A DNA stretch of 60,516 nucleotides from an uncultured Paraprevotella sp. Its GTDB lineage: Bacteria > Bacteroidota > Bacteroidia > Bacteroidales > Bacteroidaceae. The stretch spans positions 1-60,516 of the forward strand of contig CAJUDC010000001.1 in assembly GCA_910584955.1 (NCBI GenBank), written 5' to 3'. Made by a program: the position numbers and the translations under genes. The notes under the pieces are model-generated. The model saw only the letters and a list, made by a program, of their open reading frames with translations. It was not told the DNA's origin and ran no database searches. How positions within the stretch are numbered: position 1 is the stretch's first letter; every line of letters begins with the position of its first letter. Below are positions 40,880-49,894 of the stretch, in pieces.

Positions 40880-42535
40880 ATGAGAAAAAACTACTTTTTA
40901 TTAGCCCTGGCAATGGTTCTCCCCGTCCTGATGATGGCGGAAAACGCAGCCTCCCCCACACCGGCCGTCCTTCCGCGCCCGGCGGAAATGACCGTAGGAA
41001 CCGGTCGGTTCCTGCTGAAAAATAAAATGAAAATGAGTATTCCTTCCTATCCGGGCGACAGCATAAAAACCGTAGCGGAAGCCTTTGCACACACCTTGGA
41101 ACATACGACAGGACTGCGCCTGGCCTCCACCGACAAAGAAAAGAAGGCCCACATCCGCCTGGCACTGGACGCACAGTTGCCTGCCGAGGGCTACCGTCTG
41201 CAAGTGTCCGCTGCCGACGTACGGATAGAGGCTTCGAAACCGGCCGGTTTCTTCTACGCTTTCCAGACACTGAAGCAGTTGCTTCCCTGCAACGTGATGG
41301 CGGAACAACCGGACCCGAGCGTGAAAACATGGTCGCTGCCCGTTGTACTGATCACCGACGCGCCGCGCTTCGGCTGGCGCGGCTTCATGCTCGACGAAGG
41401 AAGGCACTTCTTCGGCAAAGAGGAAGTGAAGCGCGTGCTCGACATGATGGCGACCTATAAAATGAACCGCTTTCACTGGCATCTGACCGAAGACCAGGGC
41501 TGGCGGCTGGAAATCCCGAAATATCCCCGGCTTACCGAAATCGGTGCCAACCGCAACAGCCGTGTACTGGGCTGGGGCGACACCAAGCCGGACGGCCAGC
41601 CATACAGCGGACATTATACCCGCAGCGACATTCAGGAGATCGTAGCCTATGCCCGGGAGCGCTTCATCGAGATTATGCCCGAAATAGATATTCCCGGACA
41701 CTCACAGGCCGCCGTGGCCGCTTATCCGACCGAACTGGCCTGCGACCCAGAAGTGCCGCATGAGGTATGGCTGTGGCAGGGCGTATCGACGGATGTCATC
41801 AACGTGGCCAATCCGAAGGCCGTACAGTTCGCCAAAGATATCATCGACGAGCTTATCGAACTGTTCCCCTTCGGCTACATCCATATGGGAGGCGACGAAT
41901 GCCCCACCCAGAAATGGGAAAAGAATGAAGCCTGCCGCGCACAGTTGGCGGCCCTCGGCAGCACCAACTTCCGCGACCTGCAAATCAATTTCTACAAACA
42001 ACTGCAAGACTACATCCTGTCCAAGCCCGCCGACCGCCAACGCAAACTGGTGTTCTGGAACGAAGTGCTGCACGGCAACACGGATCGGTTGCACAAGGAC
42101 AACATCACCATCATGGCATGGGTAGGCGCCGATCCGGCAGCCCTTGAAACCGCCCGTCGCGGCATGGATAATATCCTGTCGCCGCAGATACCTTATTACA
42201 TCAACCGCAGACAAGCCGCCGGCCCCGACGAACCGAGATCGCAAGGTCACGGCACAGAAACCGTCAAGGCCGTCTACGACTACGAACCGGCCCGCAACGT
42301 GGCCCCGGAACTGCTGCCCCGCTACACCGGGGTGCAGGCCAACTTCTGGACCGAATGGGTGGAAGAGCCCTCGGTGCTGGAATACCTGATGCTTCCCCGA
42401 CTGGCCGCCGTGGCCGAAGCCGGCTGGACACCGCAGAATCTGCGCAACTACGAGGATTTTCTGCAACGCATACGCCGCAACGCACCGCTATACGACCTGC
42501 GCGGCTGGAACTATGGCAAACATGTCATGAAATAG
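40880..42535 (+). CDS. GH20 beta-N-acetylhexosaminidase
   Basis: DAPRFGWRGFMLDEGRHF, HWHLTEDQGWR, PEIDIPGH, HMGGDE, QANFWTE, PRLAAVAE. Confidence 0.93.
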   Translation: MRKNYFLLALAMVLPVLMMAENAASPTPAVLPRPAEMTVGTGRFLLKNKMKMSIPSYPGDSIKTVAEAFAHTLEHTTGLRLASTDKEKKAHIRLALDAQLPAEGYRLQVSAADVRIEASKPAGFFYAFQTLKQLLPCNVMAEQPDPSVKTWSLPVVLITDAPRFGWRGFMLDEGRHFFGKEEVKRVLDMMATYKMNRFHWHLTEDQGWRLEIPKYPRLTEIGANRNSRVLGWGDTKPDGQPYSGHYTRSDIQEIVAYARERFIEIMPEIDIPGHSQAAVAAYPTELACDPEVPHEVWLWQGVSTDVINVANPKAVQFAKDIIDELIELFPFGYIHMGGDECPTQKWEKNEACRAQLAALGSTNFRDLQINFYKQLQDYILSKPADRQRKLVFWNEVLHGNTDRLHKDNITIMAWVGADPAALETARRGMDNILSPQIPYYINRRQAAGPDEPRSQGHGTETVKAVYDYEPARNVAPELLPRYTGVQANFWTEWVEEPSVLEYLMLPRLAAVAEAGWTPQNLRNYEDFLQRIRRNAPLYDLRGWNYGKHVMK

Positions 42536-42583
42536 GCCCAACCGTCGGGGGCCACAGGCAAAAAAGCCGGCTACCGACAGGGG

Positions 42584-42641
42584 AAACAATAAGAAAGGTG
42601 CGGACCGTATACGATAACGGTCCGCACCTTTCTTATTGTTT
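42584..42641. terminator. 25-bp perfect hairpin between convergent GH20 and GT4 genes (bidirectional terminator)
   Basis: AAACAATAAGAAAGGTGCGGACCGT - 8 nt - ACGGTCCGCACCTTTCTTATTGTTT. Confidence 0.75.
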
Positions 42642-42697
42642 TGTAACAGAATGTCACACGTTTGTCTCGCAAACGGAACAGTCCGCCCGGGCAACCT

Positions 42698-43939
42698 TTA
42701 TCTGCCGTGTGCATCCGCCCGTTTTCCTACGGTCTCCAGCATGTGCAGCCAGGCCTCGCCCACCGATTCTATGGTATAGGTGCGGGATTTCTCCACGACG
42801 TTGCGCTGCATGACGCGCCGCCGCTCCTCGTCGCGCATCAGGCCCAGCAGTTCCGCCGCATAGGCATCCTCGTCGAACGGCGATACCAGTATACCGTTCA
42901 CCCCCGACGGCGCCAGGATTTCATGCACACCGCTACTGCAATCGAACGCCACAGGCACCACGCCGTGTGCCTGTGCTTCGGTCAGACACAGCCCCCACCC
43001 CTCCCGGGTGGATGTCAGACACAGGATGGCGGCTTCCCGGTAATAAGTCTCCACATGGGTGGTCGTTCCTTCAAAACGCAGATGCCCAGCCTGCAAACGG
43101 GCGGCCAGCGCCTCCAGGTCGGACCGCTCCCGACCGTCGCCCAACAGAATCAGCTCCCAGTCGGGCATCCGGCGCCATACACGGCTCCAGATCCGTATCA
43201 AGCGGTCCACGCGCTTGTCGTCATAGCTCATCCGCCCCACATACAACACCTGTTTGCGCTTCGACCGCCCCGCCATGTCGCCTTCAGCCGGCCGTTCGGA
43301 ATTAGGGATCGCCCAGATACGGGCATTGGCCGGATCCAGCCCCAGCCGGTCGCACAACTCCCGACGATAGTCCTCGCACAGCACCACGTAGGCATCAGCC
43401 TGCTCGTATACCTGCCGATAAAGACGCTGAAAACGGCGCTCATACGTTTTCAGCCCATAGATGCGGGGATAGTCCACCATCCACCACACCAACGTACCCA
43501 ACAGGGTGCGCTGCCGGTAATGGCGCCGACGTTCCACCTTTCCCGTCACTTCCCAGAAAGGAGTGCTGTGGTTGGCCATCACATAACGGCAGGACGAACC
43601 TTCCGGCAGAATGTCCCGTATGCGGAGCAAGGGATGCACCACCGACACCAGCACGTCTATCTGCAAGCGCCGCACCAGTTCGGCCATAAAGCGGGCGTCC
43701 TTTTTCGAACGATGCACACTCGGCCCCGGCAATTCCATCACCCGAAAGGCTACCGGCAGACGCGCCGGATAACGACCGGCATCATGCTCGTGCGCCCATA
43801 CATACACCTCGTATCCCTGCCGGGAGAGATAATTGGCCAGATCGAATGTGCATCGTTCGGACCCGCCACCGCCCACACCCGGAAAGGTCTCATGCACAAA
43901 GGCGATGCGCTTCTTATTTGTTTTCTTCGCTGTTTCCAT
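42698..43939 (-). CDS. GT4 (GT-B) glycosyltransferase, copy 2
   Basis: GGGGSER, LYVGRM...K, EGWGLCLTEA (E-x7-E motif). Confidence 0.9.
   Translation of the reverse strand: METAKKTNKKRIAFVHETFPGVGGGGSERCTFDLANYLSRQGYEVYVWAHEHDAGRYPARLPVAFRVMELPGPSVHRSKKDARFMAELVRRLQIDVLVSVVHPLLRIRDILPEGSSCRYVMANHSTPFWEVTGKVERRRHYRQRTLLGTLVWWMVDYPRIYGLKTYERRFQRLYRQVYEQADAYVVLCEDYRRELCDRLGLDPANARIWAIPNSERPAEGDMAGRSKRKQVLYVGRMSYDDKRVDRLIRIWSRVWRRMPDWELILLGDGRERSDLEALAARLQAGHLRFEGTTTHVETYYREAAILCLTSTREGWGLCLTEAQAHGVVPVAFDCSSGVHEILAPSGVNGILVSPFDEDAYAAELLGLMRDEERRRVMQRNVVEKSRTYTIESVGEAWLHMLETVGKRADAHGR
42789..43200. repeat. 412-bp exact direct repeat, copy A (copy B at 44046..44457)
   Basis: Base-by-base comparison at offset 1257 found no mismatch between these positions. 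Confidence 0.85.
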
Positions 43940-43951
43940 ACACTTTCATCG

Positions 43952-45196
43952 CTATTGAGGAGCAGAAGCGCCCGCCCGGTTCGCTATCGTGTCCAGCATG
44001 TTCAGCCAGGCCTCGCCAACCGATTCTATGGTATAGGTGCGGGACTTCTCCACGACGTTGCGCTGCATGACGCGCCGCCGCTCCTCGTCGCGCATCAGGC
44101 CCAGCAGTTCCGCCGCATAGGCATCCTCGTCGAACGGCGATACCAGTATACCGTTCACCCCCGACGGCGCCAGGATTTCATGCACACCGCTACTGCAATC
44201 GAACGCCACAGGCACCACGCCGTGTGCCTGTGCTTCGGTCAGACACAGCCCCCACCCCTCCCGGGTGGATGTCAGACACAGGATGGCGGCTTCCCGGTAA
44301 TAAGTCTCCACATGGGTGGTCGTTCCTTCAAAACGCAGATGCCCAGCCTGCAAACGGGCGGCCAGCGCCTCCAGGTCGGACCGCTCCCGACCGTCGCCCA
44401 ACAGAATCAGCTCCCAGTCGGGCATCCGGCGCCATACACGGCTCCAGATCCGTATCAGGCGGTCCACACGCTTGTCGTCGTAACTCATCCGCCCCACATA
44501 CAACACCTGTTTGCGCTTCGTCCGCCCCGCCATGTCGCCTTCAGCCTGCCGTTCGGAATTGGGGATCGCCCAGATACGGGCATTGGCCGGATTCAGGTGA
44601 AGCCGGTCGCACAGCTCCCGACGATACCCTTCGCACAACACCACATAGGCATCAGCCTGCTCATAGGCCTGCCTGTAGCGCCGCAGGAAACGACGTTCGT
44701 AGACCTTAAAACCATAAATACGAGGACAATCATAGATCCACCAAATCCACTTCCCCAATAGCGTACGATAACGATGATGCCGCCTTCTGTCGATTTTTCC
44801 CGTCATTTCCCAAAAAGGTTTGCCATGATTGGCCATCACATAACGGCACGACGATCCTTCCGGTAGGATCTCCCGAATACGGATGAGCGGATTAACCACC
44901 GACACCAGCACATCCAAGTGCAATTGCCGTACCAGATCGGCCATAAAACAGGCATTCCGTTGCGAGCGATATACGTCGGGATCCGGCAGACAAATCACCC
45001 GGAAGTTCACCGGCAGACGCGCCGGATAGCTCCCGGTATTGTGCTTGTACGCCCACACAAACACTGCGTACCCTTGGCGGGAGAGATAATTGGCCAAGTC
45101 GAACGTAATGCGTTCGGCTCCTCCGCCTCCCACACCGGGGAACACATCATGCACAAAGGCGATACGCTTTTTTGCCTTCGTTTGTTCGGTATTCAT
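43952..45196 (-). CDS. GT4 (GT-B) glycosyltransferase, copy 1
   Basis: GGGGAER, LYVGRM, EGWGLCLTEA; tandem paralog of 42698..43939. Confidence 0.9.
   Translation of the reverse strand: MNTEQTKAKKRIAFVHDVFPGVGGGGAERITFDLANYLSRQGYAVFVWAYKHNTGSYPARLPVNFRVICLPDPDVYRSQRNACFMADLVRQLHLDVLVSVVNPLIRIREILPEGSSCRYVMANHGKPFWEMTGKIDRRRHHRYRTLLGKWIWWIYDCPRIYGFKVYERRFLRRYRQAYEQADAYVVLCEGYRRELCDRLHLNPANARIWAIPNSERQAEGDMAGRTKRKQVLYVGRMSYDDKRVDRLIRIWSRVWRRMPDWELILLGDGRERSDLEALAARLQAGHLRFEGTTTHVETYYREAAILCLTSTREGWGLCLTEAQAHGVVPVAFDCSSGVHEILAPSGVNGILVSPFDEDAYAAELLGLMRDEERRRVMQRNVVEKSRTYTIESVGEAWLNMLDTIANRAGASAPQ
44046..44457. repeat. 412-bp exact direct repeat, copy B
   Basis: Identical to 42789..43200. Confidence 0.85.
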
Positions 45197-45220
45197 TATT
45201 CTTTTCCAATAAATGATTTT

Positions 45221-46087
45221 TCATTCAGAACCTGCTTCTCTCTCATTCTGCGGACGGGCACAGTAGGCATCGCTCCCTTGTTCTATCCCATAAGCCGTGC
45301 GCGTAAGACGTTCCTTACGCGTCGTCTGACGTATGGCATCGTTGCGCTGCCACGCTTCCCGGTTCACGTATGGTCGGCTGTGGTCGAGATGCAACACGAC
45401 GGCACTGTAGCGTATCTGCCGGGAACGTATGCCGGCGTTACACAGGCGCTCGCCCAGTTCGCGGTCTTCCCCGCCATATTGCATGCGCTCGTCAAAACCG
45501 TTGGCAACCAGCAAGTCGCTGCGCCACCCCGAAGAGTTCATACCGTTCCATGTGGCCCGGGCAGGGGTGACGGCATTCATAAAAGAGGCAAAAAACGAAC
45601 GGCAGGTCAGTTTGGTGCATTTAAACGAGTATTTCAATCCGCGCGCCCGGAGCCATGACAGCCTGAAAGGCCGACCGCCGGCAATGTCCGAGCGTGTTAT
45701 CTCGGAACTGATAGACATAGGCAAGCGGAAGCATCCGCCCGACAGGAAAAAGCCTTTGCACGCGTAACGCAGATGCGTGGCCACAAAATCACGGCGCGGA
45801 ATGCAATCCTGATCCGTGAAAATAAGGTAATCGGCAGTGGCCGCTTTCAGGGCCTCGTTCAGTATCTTTGTCTTCCGGAATCCCTTGTCTTCGTGCCACA
45901 CATGGCGCAAGGGCAGGCTTCCGGTGTACTGTTCTATCAATTTCCGGGTCTCGTCGTCCGACCCGTCGTCGGCAATGATGATCTCGTCTGCCGGCCTTGT
46001 CTGCATCATATAGCCCCAAAGCGCTTTCTCCAACCATTCCGGGTTGTTGTATGTGGAAATCACACACCCAATCTTTATTTTTTCCAT
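45221..46087 (-). CDS. GT2 glycosyltransferase (start reassigned to MEKIK)
   Basis: VISTYN, IADDGS, FTDQDC, GFDERMQYGGED; a TACTTTTG promoter element at 46158..46165 lies inside the longer ORF and favours the later start. Confidence 0.88.
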   Translation of the reverse strand: MEKIKIGCVISTYNNPEWLEKALWGYMMQTRPADEIIIADDGSDDETRKLIEQYTGSLPLRHVWHEDKGFRKTKILNEALKAATADYLIFTDQDCIPRRDFVATHLRYACKGFFLSGGCFRLPMSISSEITRSDIAGGRPFRLSWLRARGLKYSFKCTKLTCRSFFASFMNAVTPARATWNGMNSSGWRSDLLVANGFDERMQYGGEDRELGERLCNAGIRSRQIRYSAVVLHLDHSRPYVNREAWQRNDAIRQTTRKERLTRTAYGIEQGSDAYCARPQNEREAGSE

Positions 46088-46294
46088 CGCATATCTCCCC
46101 TTGATTCTTTTGGTAAGGCCCATTTTTCTCGTATCATCCGGCCATTTTTCACCACCGCAAAAGTATAAAACAACCGACAGGAGATCGTTCGGCGGAGCGT
46201 CGGAATAATATACACATCCGTCCTTTCTTTTTACAATAAAAGGCATGAAAAAAGAAGCCGGCAAACCGGCCAAAGGCCTTGCCCGTACAACAAC

Positions 46295-46633
46295 TCAAAG
46301 CAACTGGCTGCGAAGCAAGTCCCGCAGTTCCCGGGGCAACTGCGTCAGATCGAAACCGTCTTCCTTGAAGGGCAACACAATGTAAGGGCGGGAAGAAACG
46401 GCAGGCAAGGAACCGGCCTCGCCCTTACGATAGACCTCGTTGATAAAATCAAACTGCAACACCTCCGAGATGAGCAGCAGGCGCTCCACATCGATATTCT
46501 TACTGTTGAAAATGTGATAGAGCGACGTACGGGCACAATGAATCTGCCGGGCAAATTCCGCGTAACTGATGTGGCGCTCGTCCACCTTCCGCCGAATCAA
46601 CTTTCCGATATAAATGTCCTTAAACTTCGACAC
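46295..46633 (-). CDS. Small XRE/HTH DNA-binding protein
   Basis: IYIGKLIRRKVDER..SYAEFARQIHCARTSLYHIF...IDVERLLLISEVLQFDF, a common Bacteroidetes HTH pattern; GTG start. Confidence 0.75.
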   Translation of the reverse strand: MSKFKDIYIGKLIRRKVDERHISYAEFARQIHCARTSLYHIFNSKNIDVERLLLISEVLQFDFINEVYRKGEAGSLPAVSSRPYIVLPFKEDGFDLTQLPRELRDLLRSQLL

Positions 46634-47200
46634 TGCAAGCCCTTACGCCTCATCCGCCGCCTCCGTCCCCCACCGGCAGCCGTTTTCGCTTATACACATA
46701 GAAAGCGTGAGGAACTATACAGCTCATCAAAAAACGTGGTATCGCCAAACACCAGACTACTAAATGAACGGAATAAACACCCCACGCTGATAGATATAGG
46801 CGAACGGTGTCCCGTAACCACATACTACCAACGAGAGCATTATACTCTCTCATCCCAGTAGTCGAAATTTTGGCGATTTTCGTTTTTTCGGATGAAGCTT
46901 ATAACGCTTTCTCTTTCTATTGCACGCTAACGTGCAACCCCGGCGTCAGGAATAAACCTGCTGCCGAGCATCGCAAAGGTAAAGGAAAAAAAAGAAAGTA
47001 CAATGCCTTGGAGGTGTTTATTCACCGAAATATAGTTTTTTTAAAAGAAACAGGATGTAAAAGAAATGGACCGATGCGCATCTTTTGCGCATCCGGTCTG
47101 TTCCTGCGCAACGGCTACCGTGGAGCATCTCTCTCGCGATGTGCTCCGAATCCGCTGTCTGTCAGCATCCTTAGCGTACGGTCCCCTCAACAAATAAAAT

Positions 47201-47285
47201 AAAGGTGTACACCTAATTTCAGAAAGGTGTACACCAAAACGCAAAAAGGTGTAGACCTTTTTAAACTTAGGTCTACACCTTTTTT
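47201..47285. repeat. Intergenic AAAGGTGTA(C/G)ACC repeats with 22-bp period plus one inverted copy
   Basis: Copies at 47201, 47223 and 47245; 47243..47258 pairs perfectly with 47269..47284. Confidence 0.75.
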
Positions 47286-47365
47286 ATACATATTCGGCAG
47301 AGAATGCTTCCGCGCTCCGGGAAACAACGGTTTATCCCCCGCACTTCCGCCCGACGGGGAGAGGA

Positions 47366-48208
47366 TCAGTCCAATGCAACACGTTCCGCAATCACTTTCT
47401 TGCGAAGGAACATCGCAGCCGAATCGTTGAACTTGTCGGGCGCCTCCGTCGTCAGAAACCGACAAGTGCCCTGTTTGGTGCACATAGCCTCTATCCGTTC
47501 GTGGCGCTCCAGGTAAGCCCGCAGACTGTAAGCTACGTAGTCCCCCTGCGGCACAAGCTTGATCTTGCGCGGTGTGTATTTCAATATTTTATTGAGCAGC
47601 AGCGGATAATGGGTACATCCCAGGATAATCGTATCTATATCGGGATCTTTCCGCAGCAGATTTCCGATATGTTTCTGTACGAAATAATCGGCACCGGGCG
47701 AATCGAACTCGTAGTTCTCCACCAACGGCACCCACAGCGGACAGGCCTCGCCCTGTACCATAATATCCGGGAACAGTTTGTGAATCTCGGCCGGATAGGA
47801 GCCGGAACGGATCGTTCCCGGAGTGGCCAGCACACCGACATGCCGGGTATGGGTGATGGCACCGATACATTCGGCTGTGGGCCGGATAATCCCCAGCACA
47901 CGGCGTGTGGCATCAAGCCGGGGAATATCGTTCTGCTGAATGCTGCGCAATGCTTTGGCCGATGCCGTATTGCAAGCCAGAATCACCAGATGACACCCCA
48001 TCTCGAACAATTTCTCCACCGCCTGAAGCGTGAACTCATAGACCACCTCAAAAGAACGCGTACCGTAAGGGGTACGCGCATTATCGCCCAAGTAGAGATA
48101 ATCATACTGCGGCATCAGCTGCCGCACCTGGTTCAGAATAGTCAATCCGCCATAGCCGGAATCGAACAGGCCTATCGGTCCGGGCGCACAGGGATATCCC
48201 GCACTCAT
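47366..48208 (-). CDS. murI: Glutamate racemase (start reassigned to overlap the upstream stop)
   Basis: IGLFDSGYGGLT, PYG, ACNTAS, LGCTHYP. Confidence 0.95.
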   Translation of the reverse strand: MSAGYPCAPGPIGLFDSGYGGLTILNQVRQLMPQYDYLYLGDNARTPYGTRSFEVVYEFTLQAVEKLFEMGCHLVILACNTASAKALRSIQQNDIPRLDATRRVLGIIRPTAECIGAITHTRHVGVLATPGTIRSGSYPAEIHKLFPDIMVQGEACPLWVPLVENYEFDSPGADYFVQKHIGNLLRKDPDIDTIILGCTHYPLLLNKILKYTPRKIKLVPQGDYVAYSLRAYLERHERIEAMCTKQGTCRFLTTEAPDKFNDSAAMFLRKKVIAERVALD

Positions 48209-48732
48209 GGCTCCGTGGTCAGTTGCAGTTTTTGTTTCACCCATTCGGTTGCATCCTCTCCTTCGGCGGGATTGATAAAGGGGTAGGCATTGCCGTCCGT
48301 ATTCAGGATAAAGGAGTAGCCTTTTTCCAGTCCCACTTCGCGTATGGCCGCATCCAGCCGTTTGCCTACTTCAGCCTGCAATTCCTTCTCCGCCTCGGCC
48401 AACAGTCTCTGCACATCTTGCTTAAAACCGATGCTCTTCTCCATCAGGTCTTGCAGTTCCTTCTGGCGTTTTTGCAGGATATTGGCAGGAAAGTCTTTCT
48501 GTCCCTGCAAGAATTCGGCAAACTTCTGCTGGAACTCAGCTTCCGACCGCTGGGCCTCCTTGTCGTATTTCTCTTTCAAATCCGCCATGTTCCGCTGGGC
48601 TGCCGCATATTCCGGCATCATGCTGTACAAACTGCTATAACTCAAATAACCGTATTTGGCCGGAACTGCCTCCTGCGCCATTACGCCCAACGGCAACACC
48701 AGCAGCAACAATAAAATGATCTTCTTTTGCAT
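48205..48732 (-). CDS. OmpH/Skp-family periplasmic chaperone (start reassigned to MQKKII)
   Basis: Signal peptide, KYGY, MPEY, long helical region, GYSFILN. Confidence 0.85.
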   Translation of the reverse strand: MQKKIILLLLLVLPLGVMAQEAVPAKYGYLSYSSLYSMMPEYAAAQRNMADLKEKYDKEAQRSEAEFQQKFAEFLQGQKDFPANILQKRQKELQDLMEKSIGFKQDVQRLLAEAEKELQAEVGKRLDAAIREVGLEKGYSFILNTDGNAYPFINPAEGEDATEWVKQKLQLTTEP

Positions 48733-48801
48733 ATCTTCCGCTTTTTTCGATAGTAACGGAGGCCGCTCCCTACAGAACGGCCTCCTCACACAGGCAACAA
48801 A

Positions 48802-49299
48802 TTACTGTACGCCCAATTCTTTTTTCACCTCAGCCGTAATGTCCGTACTCAGTTTGTCACTGATATAAGGGATTCCGGCCGACACATCCATGATGTATAC
48901 ATAACCGCCGGCTTCGCCGATCTTCTTGATAACGGCCAGCATCTTTTCGGAAATGGCCTGCATCTTCTCCTGCGACGTTTTCTGCAGCACCTGCTGGTTG
49001 TCCTGATAGCTCTGCTGGATGCGTTTGTACAGATCCTCCAGTTCAGCCTCACGGCGCTGACGCACATTGTCGAGCAGATTGGCTTTCTCTTTCTCATATT
49101 CCTCGCCTTTCTTCTGCAATTCGTCCTGCATGCGCTTCAGGTCATCCTCATACTGTTTCTGCAGAGCCTGGATCTCGGACTGTGCCGTTATATACTCTTT
49201 CATATTGGGAAGTATGTCGGCCGAATTAAAATGGCCGAACTTCTGAGCAAACATACTCAACGGGGCGAGCAACAACGCCAATAAAACTACTTTTTTCAT
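48802..49299 (-). CDS. OmpH/Skp-family periplasmic chaperone
   Basis: AQKFGHFNSADIL...GYVYIMD...DIT. Confidence 0.9.
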   Translation of the reverse strand: MKKVVLLALLLAPLSMFAQKFGHFNSADILPNMKEYITAQSEIQALQKQYEDDLKRMQDELQKKGEEYEKEKANLLDNVRQRREAELEDLYKRIQQSYQDNQQVLQKTSQEKMQAISEKMLAVIKKIGEAGGYVYIMDVSAGIPYISDKLSTDITAEVKKELGVQ

Positions 49300-49361
49300 C
49301 TTCTTTCTTTTCTACTTTATGGATTATTATCTTTATTCTATAAGTTGCAAATGTACAAATG

Positions 49362-49877
49362 TTAGTTTGAATATCCTAATTTTGACAGTACTTCGTTGCT
49401 TATATCTATCTTGGGAGAAGCAAAAATGATGCCGGCATCCGAAGCACGGTCCAGAATCAACGAATATCCCTTCGCGTCGCAAATGTCTTTCACGGCATTG
49501 TAGATCTCGTCCTGGATAGGTGTCATCAGGCTCTCCCGCTTCTTGAACAGTTCTCCTTCGGGAGCAAAATATTTCTTCTTCAGCTCGGCTGCCTCTTTTT
49601 CCTTGGCTACAATAGCCTCTTCCTTTTTGGTCTTCTGTTCTTCGCTCAGAAAGACGGCCTCGCTCTGATAGTTCTTATACAGTGTCTGGGCTTCCGTAGT
49701 GAGCGCCTCCACCTCTGCCTGCCATTTCTTAGACACCTGGTTCAACTGCTCGTTGGCCCTTTCATAAGCCGGAATGTTTTTCAGTATATATTCCATATCC
49801 ACCAGCGCGAATTTCTGCGCCGACACGCTCATGCCCATTCCCAGCACAAACACGAAAAATGCAATCAGTTTCTTCAT
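49362..49877 (-). CDS. OmpH/Skp-family periplasmic chaperone
   Basis: AQKFALVDMEYILKNIPAY...GYSLILD...DISNEVL; directly downstream of bamA. Confidence 0.92.
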   Translation of the reverse strand: MKKLIAFFVFVLGMGMSVSAQKFALVDMEYILKNIPAYERANEQLNQVSKKWQAEVEALTTEAQTLYKNYQSEAVFLSEEQKTKKEEAIVAKEKEAAELKKKYFAPEGELFKKRESLMTPIQDEIYNAVKDICDAKGYSLILDRASDAGIIFASPKIDISNEVLSKLGYSN

Positions 49878-49894
49878 ACTCTTGTCTTTTTATG

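Noticed and set aside
46650..47200. Small ORFs or ncRNA upstream of the HTH gene
   Set aside because: Overlapping ORFs on both strands without motifs; only a short hairpin near 47070..47098; no RNA family recognisable.
47201..47285. CRISPR array
   Set aside because: Repeats are 13 bp with 9-bp spacers, only three copies, and no cas genes.
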